From positions 11,718 to 75,717 of IMG/VR virus record IMGVR_UViG_3300025626_000015: DNA of 64,000 nt; one strand, written 5' to 3'. The translations under genes and the position numbers were made by a program. Source of the stretch: a virus. Below the pieces are notes generated by a model. It made no database searches, was not told the DNA's origin, and saw only the letters and a program-made list of their open reading frames with translations. Shown piece after piece: positions 49,795 through 59,422 of the stretch (position 1 is the first letter of the stretch; every line of letters starts with the position of its first letter).

Positions 49795-52335
49795 ATGTCT
49801 CAAATTATTCAGCATCGTAGAGGTAGTTTAGGTAATATCAAATCACTAAATACCAACGGCCCAATACATAGAGGTGAAATATTAGTAGCCACCGGATCTT
49901 TATATATATCTTCCGGATCATCTGACTCAGATAATTATCATTTATCCGCATCAATTTTCTTTGGAGGATCATTAACTCCTTCCGGAAATGAATACAAAGC
50001 ATTAACACAAGTTATAAGTGGTTCTGGATTACCTTCTGTAACAACTGGAACATATGGAAGATCATTGGATGGTATTTTATATATTAATACCGACGATAAT
50101 AAATTATATAGATTAGTAGCTGAAGTAGATGCAAATCCTGCAACATCTGGAAACTTTACTGGATCTCATCAATTAATATCCGGAGGAGGCGGAGGCGGAG
50201 GATCTTCTGATTATCCTTCTATAGGAACACCAGATGATGGAACATATACTGATGGTGTATTTCCATTCACTTCTACCACGACAATTGCAAATGCTATAGA
50301 TCAAATAAATGAAGTATTAAAAGTAATTGCTCCATCTTCACCACCAAATTATCAAGGATTAAGTTTTGCTGCTAGTGGAACTATCACCGGAAAATTATCT
50401 TTTGGTGATAATCATGCTATATCTGGTTACACAAATGTTGGAGACAATATTGGTCAAACATATGGTGGCTCTGATTATGCTAGTATTCAAACAGTTGTAT
50501 TCGCAACGTCATCAGATGTACCATCTGTTGTTGCATCCGATAACACCGGTGGTTTTAAAGGAATATATGGAGATCCTAGTTCAACTACAGGAACTGTTAA
50601 TGATATTGCAACAAGATTAGGTAAAGGTAATCCTGCAGTAAGTGCTGGATCAAATGGATCATATGTTCAATATGCAGTAGGTGATGGAAAAATTGGTGTT
50701 ATGGCATTATATTTAAATGGAGCAAGATTTTTAACAGCTTCACTTTCTGGATCTGATGCAGCAGGTGTAGCTCAAATACAAGATACAACTAGTAATGGTT
50801 CTAATTTAACATTATCAGCAACACAAAGTGTATTTTTTAGTGACGGAATAGCAAAACTAGAAGGAGCTGAATATAGAACATTTACATATTCAATTGCCAC
50901 TGCAGATATGAGAAATGGTCATAACTATCTAACTGTTAGACATGAATTAGCAGGAAGTACAAGAACAGCTACTAAACATGATTGGATTCATGACAATTTT
51001 TCAGGAACTATGGCTGCAACAGATAATGCAACTCATCCAATAACATCTTCATTGAGTGCAGCTCAAGGATTTGACACATCCAAAGTTCATTCTGTATCTG
51101 GAATTAAATTTTATACTCCAGGATTTGGAGCTAGTCTAGTTCAAGCATATACATCATCATTTACTGGAATATATCAAAATGTATATCCATCAGCAACATC
51201 GGCTATTACAATGGGATCAAACAACATGACCATTGATTCTAGTACTAAAAAGATTGAAGGAAGTAAAATATCAACATTAACTGGAGCTTCTGCAAATAAA
51301 TTTCCAGATTTAGATATAGCAAATCATCCAACTACCACAGAAGATAGTAACATGACAATGTCATTTGCAGCAACTGTCGATATTACAGACACAGGCGTAT
51401 TTCATGCACCAGGAAGTGGTACTACAAATGCTGCATGTTCATTTGGATTTAGTTCCGCAGTAACTCCATTGATGAGATCTGGTTTAAGTGCTCCATCGAT
51501 TACAAATGAAAATAGATATTATTATAACTCAATTACATCTGGATCAACTAGCGAAGCTTATATTGAAACATTTAGAGGAGAAATTTATAGACAAGCATAT
51601 TCTGCTAATAGTATAGGATCAACATCTAATACATGGAATGGAACTACAGATTTATCTAATAGCACAGCAGGAGCGGTCCAAGCAGTACAATTTCAAACTA
51701 AACTAATAGATATAAAATCAGCTGGTAATAGTGGTGTTTTCACAACATTCCACGGTCCTTCTGGTCAACCAACATATTCTGCAGGTAATGTAGCTTCTGG
51801 AGACAGATCATATGTTAGATATTTTAAAGCTCCATTTGCATCTGGATATAAAGAATTTGCTATAGAATTTGTAGGCTCCGGAAAAATTGTTCCTGACGGA
51901 TCATCATTATTTCAAGCCGATGATGAATATTTCAAAGTTCAAGTAATGAGAGGAACGACAGCTAATGGTGCTGGGGCTGGTGTAGCCAATGCATGGGCTG
52001 ATCCAGTAGGAAATGGAACATTTTCTAGACTAAACACTTTAAATACTTCAAATCATTATGTACCATTAGCATCTTCAACTAGTAACATTAGTTATACTGA
52101 AAATGTTACTTTATCAGGAGGAACAACTGTACCAACCGGTGTTATTCCATGGAAAGACAACGCCGGCGGAGTTGTATCAGCTAATGATATAATTGGTATT
52201 CATATTATATTGCCAGAAGGGTTTACCGGAAATATTGATGCTATAGCATTTAATTATACAAACGTTACATCAGGTAATGATGGTAACAGTGTAACTGTGC
52301 CAATATTACAAAATGTTTCATCTGGTAACTTATAA
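49795..52335 (+). CDS. large fibre/appendage protein
   Basis: IQHRRG...GEI N-terminus (Mtd-N-like), poly-Gly hinge, S/T/G-rich beta domains. Confidence 0.7.
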   Translation: MSQIIQHRRGSLGNIKSLNTNGPIHRGEILVATGSLYISSGSSDSDNYHLSASIFFGGSLTPSGNEYKALTQVISGSGLPSVTTGTYGRSLDGILYINTDDNKLYRLVAEVDANPATSGNFTGSHQLISGGGGGGGSSDYPSIGTPDDGTYTDGVFPFTSTTTIANAIDQINEVLKVIAPSSPPNYQGLSFAASGTITGKLSFGDNHAISGYTNVGDNIGQTYGGSDYASIQTVVFATSSDVPSVVASDNTGGFKGIYGDPSSTTGTVNDIATRLGKGNPAVSAGSNGSYVQYAVGDGKIGVMALYLNGARFLTASLSGSDAAGVAQIQDTTSNGSNLTLSATQSVFFSDGIAKLEGAEYRTFTYSIATADMRNGHNYLTVRHELAGSTRTATKHDWIHDNFSGTMAATDNATHPITSSLSAAQGFDTSKVHSVSGIKFYTPGFGASLVQAYTSSFTGIYQNVYPSATSAITMGSNNMTIDSSTKKIEGSKISTLTGASANKFPDLDIANHPTTTEDSNMTMSFAATVDITDTGVFHAPGSGTTNAACSFGFSSAVTPLMRSGLSAPSITNENRYYYNSITSGSTSEAYIETFRGEIYRQAYSANSIGSTSNTWNGTTDLSNSTAGAVQAVQFQTKLIDIKSAGNSGVFTTFHGPSGQPTYSAGNVASGDRSYVRYFKAPFASGYKEFAIEFVGSGKIVPDGSSLFQADDEYFKVQVMRGTTANGAGAGVANAWADPVGNGTFSRLNTLNTSNHYVPLASSTSNISYTENVTLSGGTTVPTGVIPWKDNAGGVVSANDIIGIHIILPEGFTGNIDAIAFNYTNVTSGNDGNSVTVPILQNVSSGNL

Positions 52336-52367
52336 GAGATATTAAATAAAAAATAGGAAAATAAAAA

Positions 52368-53447
52368 ATGGCTAATTCATTTGTAAATGATACATTAACA
52401 GAAATTGCAGTAAAGCGATTATCCGGTAAAGCACAAACTAGTACTAGATTAACAATAGAAGGAGAAACAATAGGTTCTACAGTATCAGTTGCAGCATCAA
52501 CTGTATTTGGAGAAGAAGTACCTAACGATCCGTCAGGAACATTATTTGCATTAACTACAAATGTTGAAAAAGTAAGATTTGAATTATCCCCAATTCCAGA
52601 TTCATTTTATCAAGCAACAGATGCTGAAACAGGCGAAGGAACTGGAGTAACAACGTATCATGGATATGCATTAAAAATAACTGGTTCATATAATGTAAAT
52701 TCATCTAATCCAGCTAAAGGTACTGGAGTATTTCAAGATGGATTTCATTTAAGTGGTTCGAGAGGAGCTTTACAAATAGTTCCACCAAATCAATCTTCTT
52801 TAAAGGGAGATGCAAATAAATATAATGCAAAAATTTATTCTACAAATGGACCACAAATTGCTGCAGATTCTAGTATTGATTGGTATCTAGATCAATTTGC
52901 AGGAATATTATTTATAGAAGATCCTGTTGATTATGGAACTATAGGATCTCCAAATGCTGCTAACCTCGTACCTTATGTAGTAGAATCATATATCTATACT
53001 GGTAAAATGGTTAAAACTAGATTAGATGAAGCTAGTCCTAGTACCGGAGGCGGAGGACATTTCCTAGCAACAGGATCAGCAGCAAGTCCCGTATCAGCTT
53101 CATTAAATGTTGGAACAGATGATATATTTAAAATATCCAGCGGATCAACAGATCTAGTAACATTATCAACTACTGGTGGCCAAACTAATTTCAATATAAA
53201 TGGTAATTTAGTAGCTACACAATACATTGTTTCATCTTCTGTATCATTCTTTACACAATCATTCTCTTCTGGATCAACCATATTTGGTGACACATTAGAC
53301 GATACACATTTATTTACAGGATCATTATTTTTTACTGGTAGTTCAACATATGCAACTATGAGTAACTCCGGATATCATGAAATTGCATATCAAACTTCTA
53401 GAGGCGGATTAAAATTTAGTCATGTAATTGATGGGGGATCATTTTAA
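52368..53447 (+). CDS. virion appendage protein
   Basis: WYLDQFAGIL; SGSTIFGDTLDDTHLFTGS; C-terminal IDGGSF. Confidence 0.7.
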   Translation: MANSFVNDTLTEIAVKRLSGKAQTSTRLTIEGETIGSTVSVAASTVFGEEVPNDPSGTLFALTTNVEKVRFELSPIPDSFYQATDAETGEGTGVTTYHGYALKITGSYNVNSSNPAKGTGVFQDGFHLSGSRGALQIVPPNQSSLKGDANKYNAKIYSTNGPQIAADSSIDWYLDQFAGILFIEDPVDYGTIGSPNAANLVPYVVESYIYTGKMVKTRLDEASPSTGGGGHFLATGSAASPVSASLNVGTDDIFKISSGSTDLVTLSTTGGQTNFNINGNLVATQYIVSSSVSFFTQSFSSGSTIFGDTLDDTHLFTGSLFFTGSSTYATMSNSGYHEIAYQTSRGGLKFSHVIDGGSF

Positions 53448-53450
53448 CGA

Positions 53451-53825
53451 ATGTCGACAGGAAACGTAATAAGATTAAGAAGATCCACAACTGCAGGATC
53501 AACTCCATTAGTAAGTACGTTACAATCTGGAGAATTATCAATTAATGTATATGACGGAAAATTATTTTTCAAAAGATCAAAAGATGGTAGTGATACAATA
53601 GAACAAATATTTACTACAGACACATTTGTTACAGGATCATTACAATTTAAACCTGATAGCGCAGAAACAAATATATTAGAAGTACATGAAAATAATAGTA
53701 CTTCAGCTTTGATAATAACATCACAAAGTATAATGACATTAAGAAAACAAGAAAGAGCAACACCTAATCCATCTTCTGGAGGAATTATGTATTCCGGTAG
53801 TTCATTTTGGGTAGGTTTAGATTGA
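53451..53825 (+). CDS. small fibre protein (Mtd-N/hyaluronidase-N-like domain)
   Basis: IRLRRSTTAGSTP...LQSGELSINVYDGKLFFK. Confidence 0.7.
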   Translation: MSTGNVIRLRRSTTAGSTPLVSTLQSGELSINVYDGKLFFKRSKDGSDTIEQIFTTDTFVTGSLQFKPDSAETNILEVHENNSTSALIITSQSIMTLRKQERATPNPSSGGIMYSGSSFWVGLD

Positions 53826-53847
53826 TCTCGTTTTCTTAATATAATGG

Positions 53848-53855
53848 TATTTATA
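53848..53855 (+). promoter_or_regulatory. putative late promoter TATTTATA
   Basis: Upstream of ATG 53926. Confidence 0.55.
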
Positions 53856-53925
53856 TATAGTATAAAGCATACATAATATAATTAAATAAAAATATAATAA
53901 AAATTAAAAACAAAAAGGATTTAAA

Positions 53926-55164
53926 ATGGCAACATGGAAAAAAGTCATTGTCTCTGGTTCAACCGCTGATCTAGCAAATGTACAAAATGCTGGTATTGCT
54001 TCTAATCAAGTAGTAGTAGGCGCAGGAGCAGGAGCAAATCAAGTTGGTAAGGCATTAACAGCCGGCCAAATATTAATGGGGAACGCATCAGCTGTCCCAA
54101 CAGGAACAAGCGTTTCTGGAGATGCAACATTATCAAATGCAGGAGTATTATCTATTGCAAATGATAAAGTAACGTCAACAATGTTATCTGGAAGTATTGC
54201 AGATACACCAACAACAGGTGATTTAGTAAAAGTTGGTGCAAATGGAGCATTTACATTCTCTCCAGCAGCATCTACATTATCAGCAGGTAAAGGTATTGTA
54301 ATACCATCAAATAATAAAATATCAGCTTCGATTGATGATTCAACTATTGATTTTGATGGATCAGAACAATTACAAGTTAAATCTGGTGGTATAACAGCAA
54401 CTCAACTTGCTGACGATGCAGTAACTGGAGATAAATTATCAAACGCAGTAAGCGGTTCAATTGTATTAAATACAGCGAAAGTATCAAATGCAACTCACAC
54501 AGGAGATGTAACAGGTGCAACTGCACTTACTATTGCTAACGATGCAGTATCTAACGCAAAATTAGCTAACATGACTCAAGGTACTATTAAAGTTGGTGGT
54601 GGTTCAAATGCACCTACTGATTTAGATGCTAAAACAGCAGGACAGATTTTAGTTGGTGATGGAACAGATGTTAACTCAGTAGCAGTATCAGGCGACGTAA
54701 CTTTAGATTCAACTGGTGCAGTAACAATTGCAGACGATTCAGTTAATGGCGATAAATTAACTGATAATATTACAATAGCTGGTAATTTAACAGTAACAAG
54801 TGATTTAATAGTTAACGGAACAACTACAGAAGTTAGAACTGCCAATTTAAATATTGAAGACAAATTCATATTATTACAATCTGGTTCAGATGCCGCAGCT
54901 GCCGGCGATGTAGGTATTATATTTGGAGGAGTTTCAGCTGAACCAACTGTTGATTCATTTAGTTCTGGGCAAGGTTCATCATTATTTGTTGATAAAGAAT
55001 TACAAAGACTATCTTTAAGTAATGGCGCTGTTAGCCACGGTGCAACCGCAGCAACAGTAGGAGCACATATACCATTAGTAACTACCGGATCATTAACCGC
55101 AATAACACAAGTAGGTAACTTTAAAGTTGACGCTAGTGGTGATCTATTTGTATATGCAGGATAA
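53926..55164 (+). CDS. fibre protein
   Basis: MATWKKVIVSGS; repeated GDxT...TIAxDxVxxxKL units; GNLTV...VNGTTT...NLNIEDKFILL. Confidence 0.75.
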   Translation: MATWKKVIVSGSTADLANVQNAGIASNQVVVGAGAGANQVGKALTAGQILMGNASAVPTGTSVSGDATLSNAGVLSIANDKVTSTMLSGSIADTPTTGDLVKVGANGAFTFSPAASTLSAGKGIVIPSNNKISASIDDSTIDFDGSEQLQVKSGGITATQLADDAVTGDKLSNAVSGSIVLNTAKVSNATHTGDVTGATALTIANDAVSNAKLANMTQGTIKVGGGSNAPTDLDAKTAGQILVGDGTDVNSVAVSGDVTLDSTGAVTIADDSVNGDKLTDNITIAGNLTVTSDLIVNGTTTEVRTANLNIEDKFILLQSGSDAAAAGDVGIIFGGVSAEPTVDSFSSGQGSSLFVDKELQRLSLSNGAVSHGATAATVGAHIPLVTTGSLTAITQVGNFKVDASGDLFVYAG

Positions 55165-55207
55165 TTATTAATTATATTAAGTATATTTAATTTTATATTA
55201 TATTTTT

Positions 55208-55237
55208 AAAGCAGGGAGAGATTCTCCCTGCTTTTTT
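55208..55237 (+). terminator. intrinsic terminator
   Basis: AAAGCAGGGAGA-gat-TCTCCCTGCTTT then T-tract. Confidence 0.88.
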
Positions 55238-55247
55238 ATATATAAAT

Positions 55248-55276
55248 TTGTATTATTAAATATTTATTATTATAAT
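55248..55276 (+). promoter_or_regulatory. sigma70-like promoter (class A)
   Basis: TTGTAT-N17-TATAAT upstream of ATG 55295. Confidence 0.55.
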
Positions 55277-55294
55277 CAATATAGAAAGTTATAT

Positions 55295-55537
55295 ATGGCC
55301 TTTGTAAGAAATCAAAATAAAAAAAATGTTATTATAGAAAAACAAGATACCAATATTAATCGGTCATCTAAAAAGTTTCAAGAATCTAAAAATACACAAT
55401 TTCAACCACAATTCACAAAATCTGAAGCAATATGGATGATGGGGTTAATTAAAAATCATACATTTAAAGGAGAAGAAGTACAAAAGGTTTATGAAGCAGT
55501 TGTTAAATTACAATTAATTGTTAATGAATCTAAATAG
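55295..55537 (+). CDS. hypothetical protein
   Basis: 80 aa ORF between two fibre genes. Confidence 0.7.
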   Translation: MAFVRNQNKKNVIIEKQDTNINRSSKKFQESKNTQFQPQFTKSEAIWMMGLIKNHTFKGEEVQKVYEAVVKLQLIVNESK

Positions 55538-55542
55538 TTATA

Positions 55543-55550
55543 TATTTATA
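55543..55550 (+). promoter_or_regulatory. putative late promoter TATTTATA
   Basis: Immediately upstream of structured leader and ATG 55628. Confidence 0.65.
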
Positions 55551-55560
55551 TTAAAATAAA

Positions 55561-55621
55561 CTTATTGTTGGCCCGAAAGGGAAGTGGGCAGTATTAATAC
55601 TGTAACCAACCATAATAGGAG
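55561..55621 (+). ncRNA. candidate structured cis-regulatory RNA (three-way junction) in fibre 5' UTR
   Basis: GTTGG/CCAAC closing stem, CCC-GAAA-GGG tetraloop hairpin, GCAGTA-ttaa-TACTGT hairpin; GC-rich in an AT-rich genome; abuts AGGAG. Confidence 0.55.
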
Positions 55622-55627
55622 AAGTAA

Positions 55628-58339
55628 ATGCCAAACTGGAAAAAAGTCATTTTATCTGGCAGTAATGCCGTTCTAGCAGAAATAACTGCATCAAGAAATT
55701 TATCAGGTAGTGGGACAGCTACCGCATCATATGGATTATTCACCGGATCTTTTGGAGGAGACGGGTCACAATTAACAAATGTTCCATCAACACCTTTCCC
55801 ATTTACAGGTGACGCTTTAATTACTGGCTCATTAATAGTATCACAATCATATACAGTTGGAGACACAGACTCAACAGCATTAAGATTAATAGGATCAGGT
55901 TCAGTAAGTCAATCAGGAATATTTGAAGTAGAAGGATCAGCAGGCCCACTATTTTCAGTAGCAGATGGATTAGATGGTGTTTTAATGGAAGTAAATAATA
56001 TTTCAGGTTTACCATTATTTCAAGTATCATCTTCAAATGAGGTATTCATTAATAGAGGTAATTTAACATCTGGTGTTACTACTGCTACTGCGTCATTTGC
56101 ATATTTCACCGGATCATTTGCTGGCGATGCATCTGGATTAACAAATGTCCCTGCAGGTTCAACACCAACCTTAGATGCAGTAACAACAGCAGGTAATGTT
56201 ACCTCAAATGCAATTACCGCAGGAACGATATCGGGATCTTCTTTCAAATTAAACAATGCAAATGCTTTATCACATACTGGAAATGTTTTATATGTAGGTA
56301 ATGCAAATGATTGGACTACTATAGAATTAGGTAGACAAACAACAGATGAAATTCATGTTAATGGTCTTTTAAAAGCAGAACAACTTTTAAGAGCAGAACA
56401 AGGTATAATAGTTTCAGGTTCTACTATCTTTAAACCAACAACTTCTTCCCCAGCTAGTATAGAATTTTCCACGGAACCTTATAGTGGTCAACGAACTCCA
56501 ACTATAACATTAAAAAATGCCTCTGATCAAAAAACAGTTCATATAGGACATTCTATAAATGATGGCTTGTTTGAATTATATAATTCTTCTGAAACTAGAG
56601 TTGTAAGTATTCAAGAACATTTTCAAGCATTTTCTCCTCCAGGTGGACTTAGTTCAGGGTATGGAACTTATTTTGGTGTAACTAGTTCAATTTCTCCATC
56701 AGTAGCATCTCCAGATTCATATGTTAAAATAGCACATGATGGTTATAGTGCAGTACCTTATAGTATTTTACAACTAAATAAAAAAGGAACTTTTGCAGGT
56801 TCTGGCTCTATAACATTACAGGGCATAATGAACAGCAATAATAATTCTGCACCTTCAATAGGTATTACTTCTGTTAATGGAAATAGAGTAGTTAATTTCG
56901 GAGGTCCTGGATTTGTAAATGCTGCTAACGTACATAATAACTATTTAAAATATGGATTACAAGTAGGAGGTGATTTTACAGGTAATTCCTCCAATATGGC
57001 CCTTACAGATGGTTCTTTAATAATGTCAGGATCAACTGGAGGATTTTCAGTAAAAAGTGTTTCAAGTGAAGCTGAAATTAAAACAAATGATGGGGATACT
57101 ACTTTAACATTAGGTACTACTTCTTCATTTTCATATGTGTCAGCTTCAGCATTTAAAGGTGATGGTTCAAATTTAACAAATTTACCAGCAGGTTCAACAC
57201 CAACACTACAACAAGTAACAGACCAAGGTGCATCTACAACAAATGACATTCAAATAACAGGTTCATTAAATGTATCTGGATCAATAGATATAGAAATGCC
57301 ATCTGGATCTGCTTTTACAATACATGAAGGCGATGCATCTACTAATTATGAAAATAGATTAGATTTTTTCTATGATGAGTCAGACCCAACATTAGAAATA
57401 GCAGCAAGAGCTGCAACATCTACATTAATATTAAGTAAAGATGGTGGCGGCTCATATAAAACAACACTTACGGGGTTAGGTACATTAACTTATAAAGCAG
57501 CTGGAACAGATTATGGAGTTCAATTAGGCACATCATTTAAACCTGTTGCGACAAATCAACAAGATTTAGGATTTTATAATCGTAGATGGAAAAATCTTTA
57601 TTTATATTCGACTAATAAAATTGGTTGGGGAACTACAAATGCAGATGACCATGCTGCATTTGCTCATACTTCCGGAACTGGTAAAATAACACTAGAAAGT
57701 GATGTGTATACTCCAATATTTGAATTAAATGGTCCTATAACAGCTTCGGCATTTAAAGGTGATGGTTCACAATTAACAAATTTACCAGATCCATTCCCAT
57801 TTACAGGAAACGCAGGTATAACAGGATCATTATCTATAACAGGTTCAGGAGGATTATCAGTAGAATCATCAGGTTCAACAGTATTTGAAGTAATAGGATC
57901 AGAAGGTACATTATTTTCAATAGATGATGATTTAGATGGAGTTATATTTACTGCAAATGATCGATCAGGTCTTCCAGTACTAGAAGCGTCAGCTTCAGGA
58001 GAAGTTTACATAGGAAAATCACCACAATCTTTATACACAACCGCAGTCATAAGTTCTAATAACGCTAACGTAACGCAGTCAATTTATGGATTGGATACAA
58101 GTTCATATGGAGGAGCATTCTTTGAATACACTGCTCATTCGGGGTCAAACGCACGTGCAGGAAATATAATGTCTGTATGGAATGGTTCAAGTCTTAATTT
58201 CACAGAGACTACCACAACTGATATTGGCTCAACATCAGATTTAGTTATGAAAGTTCATGTATCAGAAAGTCAAGCACAATTAGCAGCTTTCTCTACAAAT
58301 GCAGGTTATAATATTAAAACAATAATAAAATCAATATAA
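55628..58339 (+). CDS. long modular tail fibre protein
   Basis: MPNWKKVILSGS; four GDxSxLTNxP joints; duplicated FEVxGSxGxLFS..D.LDGV...SGLP module; DLG...RRWKNLY. Confidence 0.8.
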   Translation: MPNWKKVILSGSNAVLAEITASRNLSGSGTATASYGLFTGSFGGDGSQLTNVPSTPFPFTGDALITGSLIVSQSYTVGDTDSTALRLIGSGSVSQSGIFEVEGSAGPLFSVADGLDGVLMEVNNISGLPLFQVSSSNEVFINRGNLTSGVTTATASFAYFTGSFAGDASGLTNVPAGSTPTLDAVTTAGNVTSNAITAGTISGSSFKLNNANALSHTGNVLYVGNANDWTTIELGRQTTDEIHVNGLLKAEQLLRAEQGIIVSGSTIFKPTTSSPASIEFSTEPYSGQRTPTITLKNASDQKTVHIGHSINDGLFELYNSSETRVVSIQEHFQAFSPPGGLSSGYGTYFGVTSSISPSVASPDSYVKIAHDGYSAVPYSILQLNKKGTFAGSGSITLQGIMNSNNNSAPSIGITSVNGNRVVNFGGPGFVNAANVHNNYLKYGLQVGGDFTGNSSNMALTDGSLIMSGSTGGFSVKSVSSEAEIKTNDGDTTLTLGTTSSFSYVSASAFKGDGSNLTNLPAGSTPTLQQVTDQGASTTNDIQITGSLNVSGSIDIEMPSGSAFTIHEGDASTNYENRLDFFYDESDPTLEIAARAATSTLILSKDGGGSYKTTLTGLGTLTYKAAGTDYGVQLGTSFKPVATNQQDLGFYNRRWKNLYLYSTNKIGWGTTNADDHAAFAHTSGTGKITLESDVYTPIFELNGPITASAFKGDGSQLTNLPDPFPFTGNAGITGSLSITGSGGLSVESSGSTVFEVIGSEGTLFSIDDDLDGVIFTANDRSGLPVLEASASGEVYIGKSPQSLYTTAVISSNNANVTQSIYGLDTSSYGGAFFEYTAHSGSNARAGNIMSVWNGSSLNFTETTTTDIGSTSDLVMKVHVSESQAQLAAFSTNAGYNIKTIIKSI
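57141..57788 (+). repeat. 48-bp direct repeat pair 600 bp apart (57141-57188, 57741-57788)
   Basis: CAGCTTCRGCATTTAAAGGTGATGGTTCA...TTAACAAATTTACCAG, 3 mismatches. Confidence 0.9.
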
Positions 58340-58340
58340 T

Positions 58341-59054
58341 ATGGGAATCAGAAGAGGTTCAATATCAACCCCAATAATAGCGGATGGGCTAGTATTCAAT
58401 ATGGATGCTGCAAATAGGGCAAGTACTATACCTAGTACTAGTACTTTAAAAACATTTAATACTGTAGATACTGCTGTATCTGGTTCTATATCTACAGATG
58501 CAACATGGGAAGATGGATCTCCTTCCTCATTTGATTTTGATGGTACTGATGGTTATATAGGTTTTTCAAATCTAGGATCAATATGGAATATGGTTAATTC
58601 AGCTTATACTGTAAATCTTTGGTATAAACAACAACAAGGTAGTGGTACAGGTATGCCAATAATGCATTTTTATGGAGGTTCTGGAGGAAGTGCTGATATG
58701 TTTTGGATATACAATAGACCTCAATTTTCTAGATGGGATATGTATAATAATGGTGGTGCAGGAATTAATAGATTTGTTATTACTACTACTACAGGTGTTT
58801 GGTATAATATGACCTTTACATGGTCAACATCTGAGGGTTTAATAAAGGCATATCAAAATGGTGTTTTTAATAGTAGTCAAGCACAAACAGGAATCCCAGC
58901 ATCAGGTAATACTAATTTTGAAATAGGTAGAGATAATATTCCCTCCACTAATTTAAATGCAAATATAGCAAGTCTTCAATTATACAACCGCGCCTTATCA
59001 GCAAATGAAGTTTTACACAACTACAATGCATTAAAAGGGAGATTTGGATTATAA
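58341..59054 (+). CDS. LamG/concanavalin A-like lectin domain protein
   Basis: DGLVFNMDAAN, FDFDGTDGYI, WYNMTFTW, YQNG, LYNRALSANEV. Confidence 0.85.
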   Translation: MGIRRGSISTPIIADGLVFNMDAANRASTIPSTSTLKTFNTVDTAVSGSISTDATWEDGSPSSFDFDGTDGYIGFSNLGSIWNMVNSAYTVNLWYKQQQGSGTGMPIMHFYGGSGGSADMFWIYNRPQFSRWDMYNNGGAGINRFVITTTTGVWYNMTFTWSTSEGLIKAYQNGVFNSSQAQTGIPASGNTNFEIGRDNIPSTNLNANIASLQLYNRALSANEVLHNYNALKGRFGL

Positions 59055-59072
59055 ATAAATTTTCATTATAAT
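59044..59072 (+). promoter_or_regulatory. sigma70-like promoter (class A)
   Basis: TTGGAT-N17-TATAAT upstream of ATG 59095. Confidence 0.6.
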
Positions 59073-59094
59073 AAAATTAAAAGAAAGTTACAAC

Positions 59095-59367
59095 ATGAAA
59101 TCAAAAAAATTAGATAAAACAGATATTGAATCAATAACAAATGTACAAGGACAATTCACAGAATGTACCAATTCATTGGGTTTATTACAAATTGATGAAA
59201 AAACATTAAGCAACCAATTGCTAATGATTGAAGAAAAGAAAAATGAAATATTTAACAAATTTGATGAATTGAGAAAACAAGAACAAGAACTAGTTCAAAG
59301 TTTGCAAGAAAAATATGGTCAAGGCCAAATAAATCTTCAAGAAGGCACATTTACGCCAAATAACTAG
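59095..59367 (+). CDS. coiled-coil hypothetical protein
   Basis: Heptad helix then LQEKYGQGQINLQEGTF. Confidence 0.75.
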   Translation: MKSKKLDKTDIESITNVQGQFTECTNSLGLLQIDEKTLSNQLLMIEEKKNEIFNKFDELRKQEQELVQSLQEKYGQGQINLQEGTFTPNN

Positions 59368-59387
59368 TTTTTTCAAGTTTTGTTATA

Positions 59388-59395
59388 TATTTATA
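59388..59395 (+). promoter_or_regulatory. putative late promoter TATTTATA
   Basis: Upstream of sheath ATG 59423. Confidence 0.7.
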
Positions 59396-59422
59396 ATAAA
59401 CATAATTATAGGAGAATAATCG

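Noticed and set aside
55561-55621. Hammerhead ribozyme, tRNA or terminator reading of the structured leader
   Set aside because: No CUGANGA core, no cloverleaf or T-loop, no U-tract
49795-59054. Diversity-generating retroelement (Mtd-N-like and lectin domains present)
   Set aside because: No reverse transcriptase and no TR/VR pair seen; the 48-bp repeat is short, coding in both copies, and its mismatched adenines are not all in one copy
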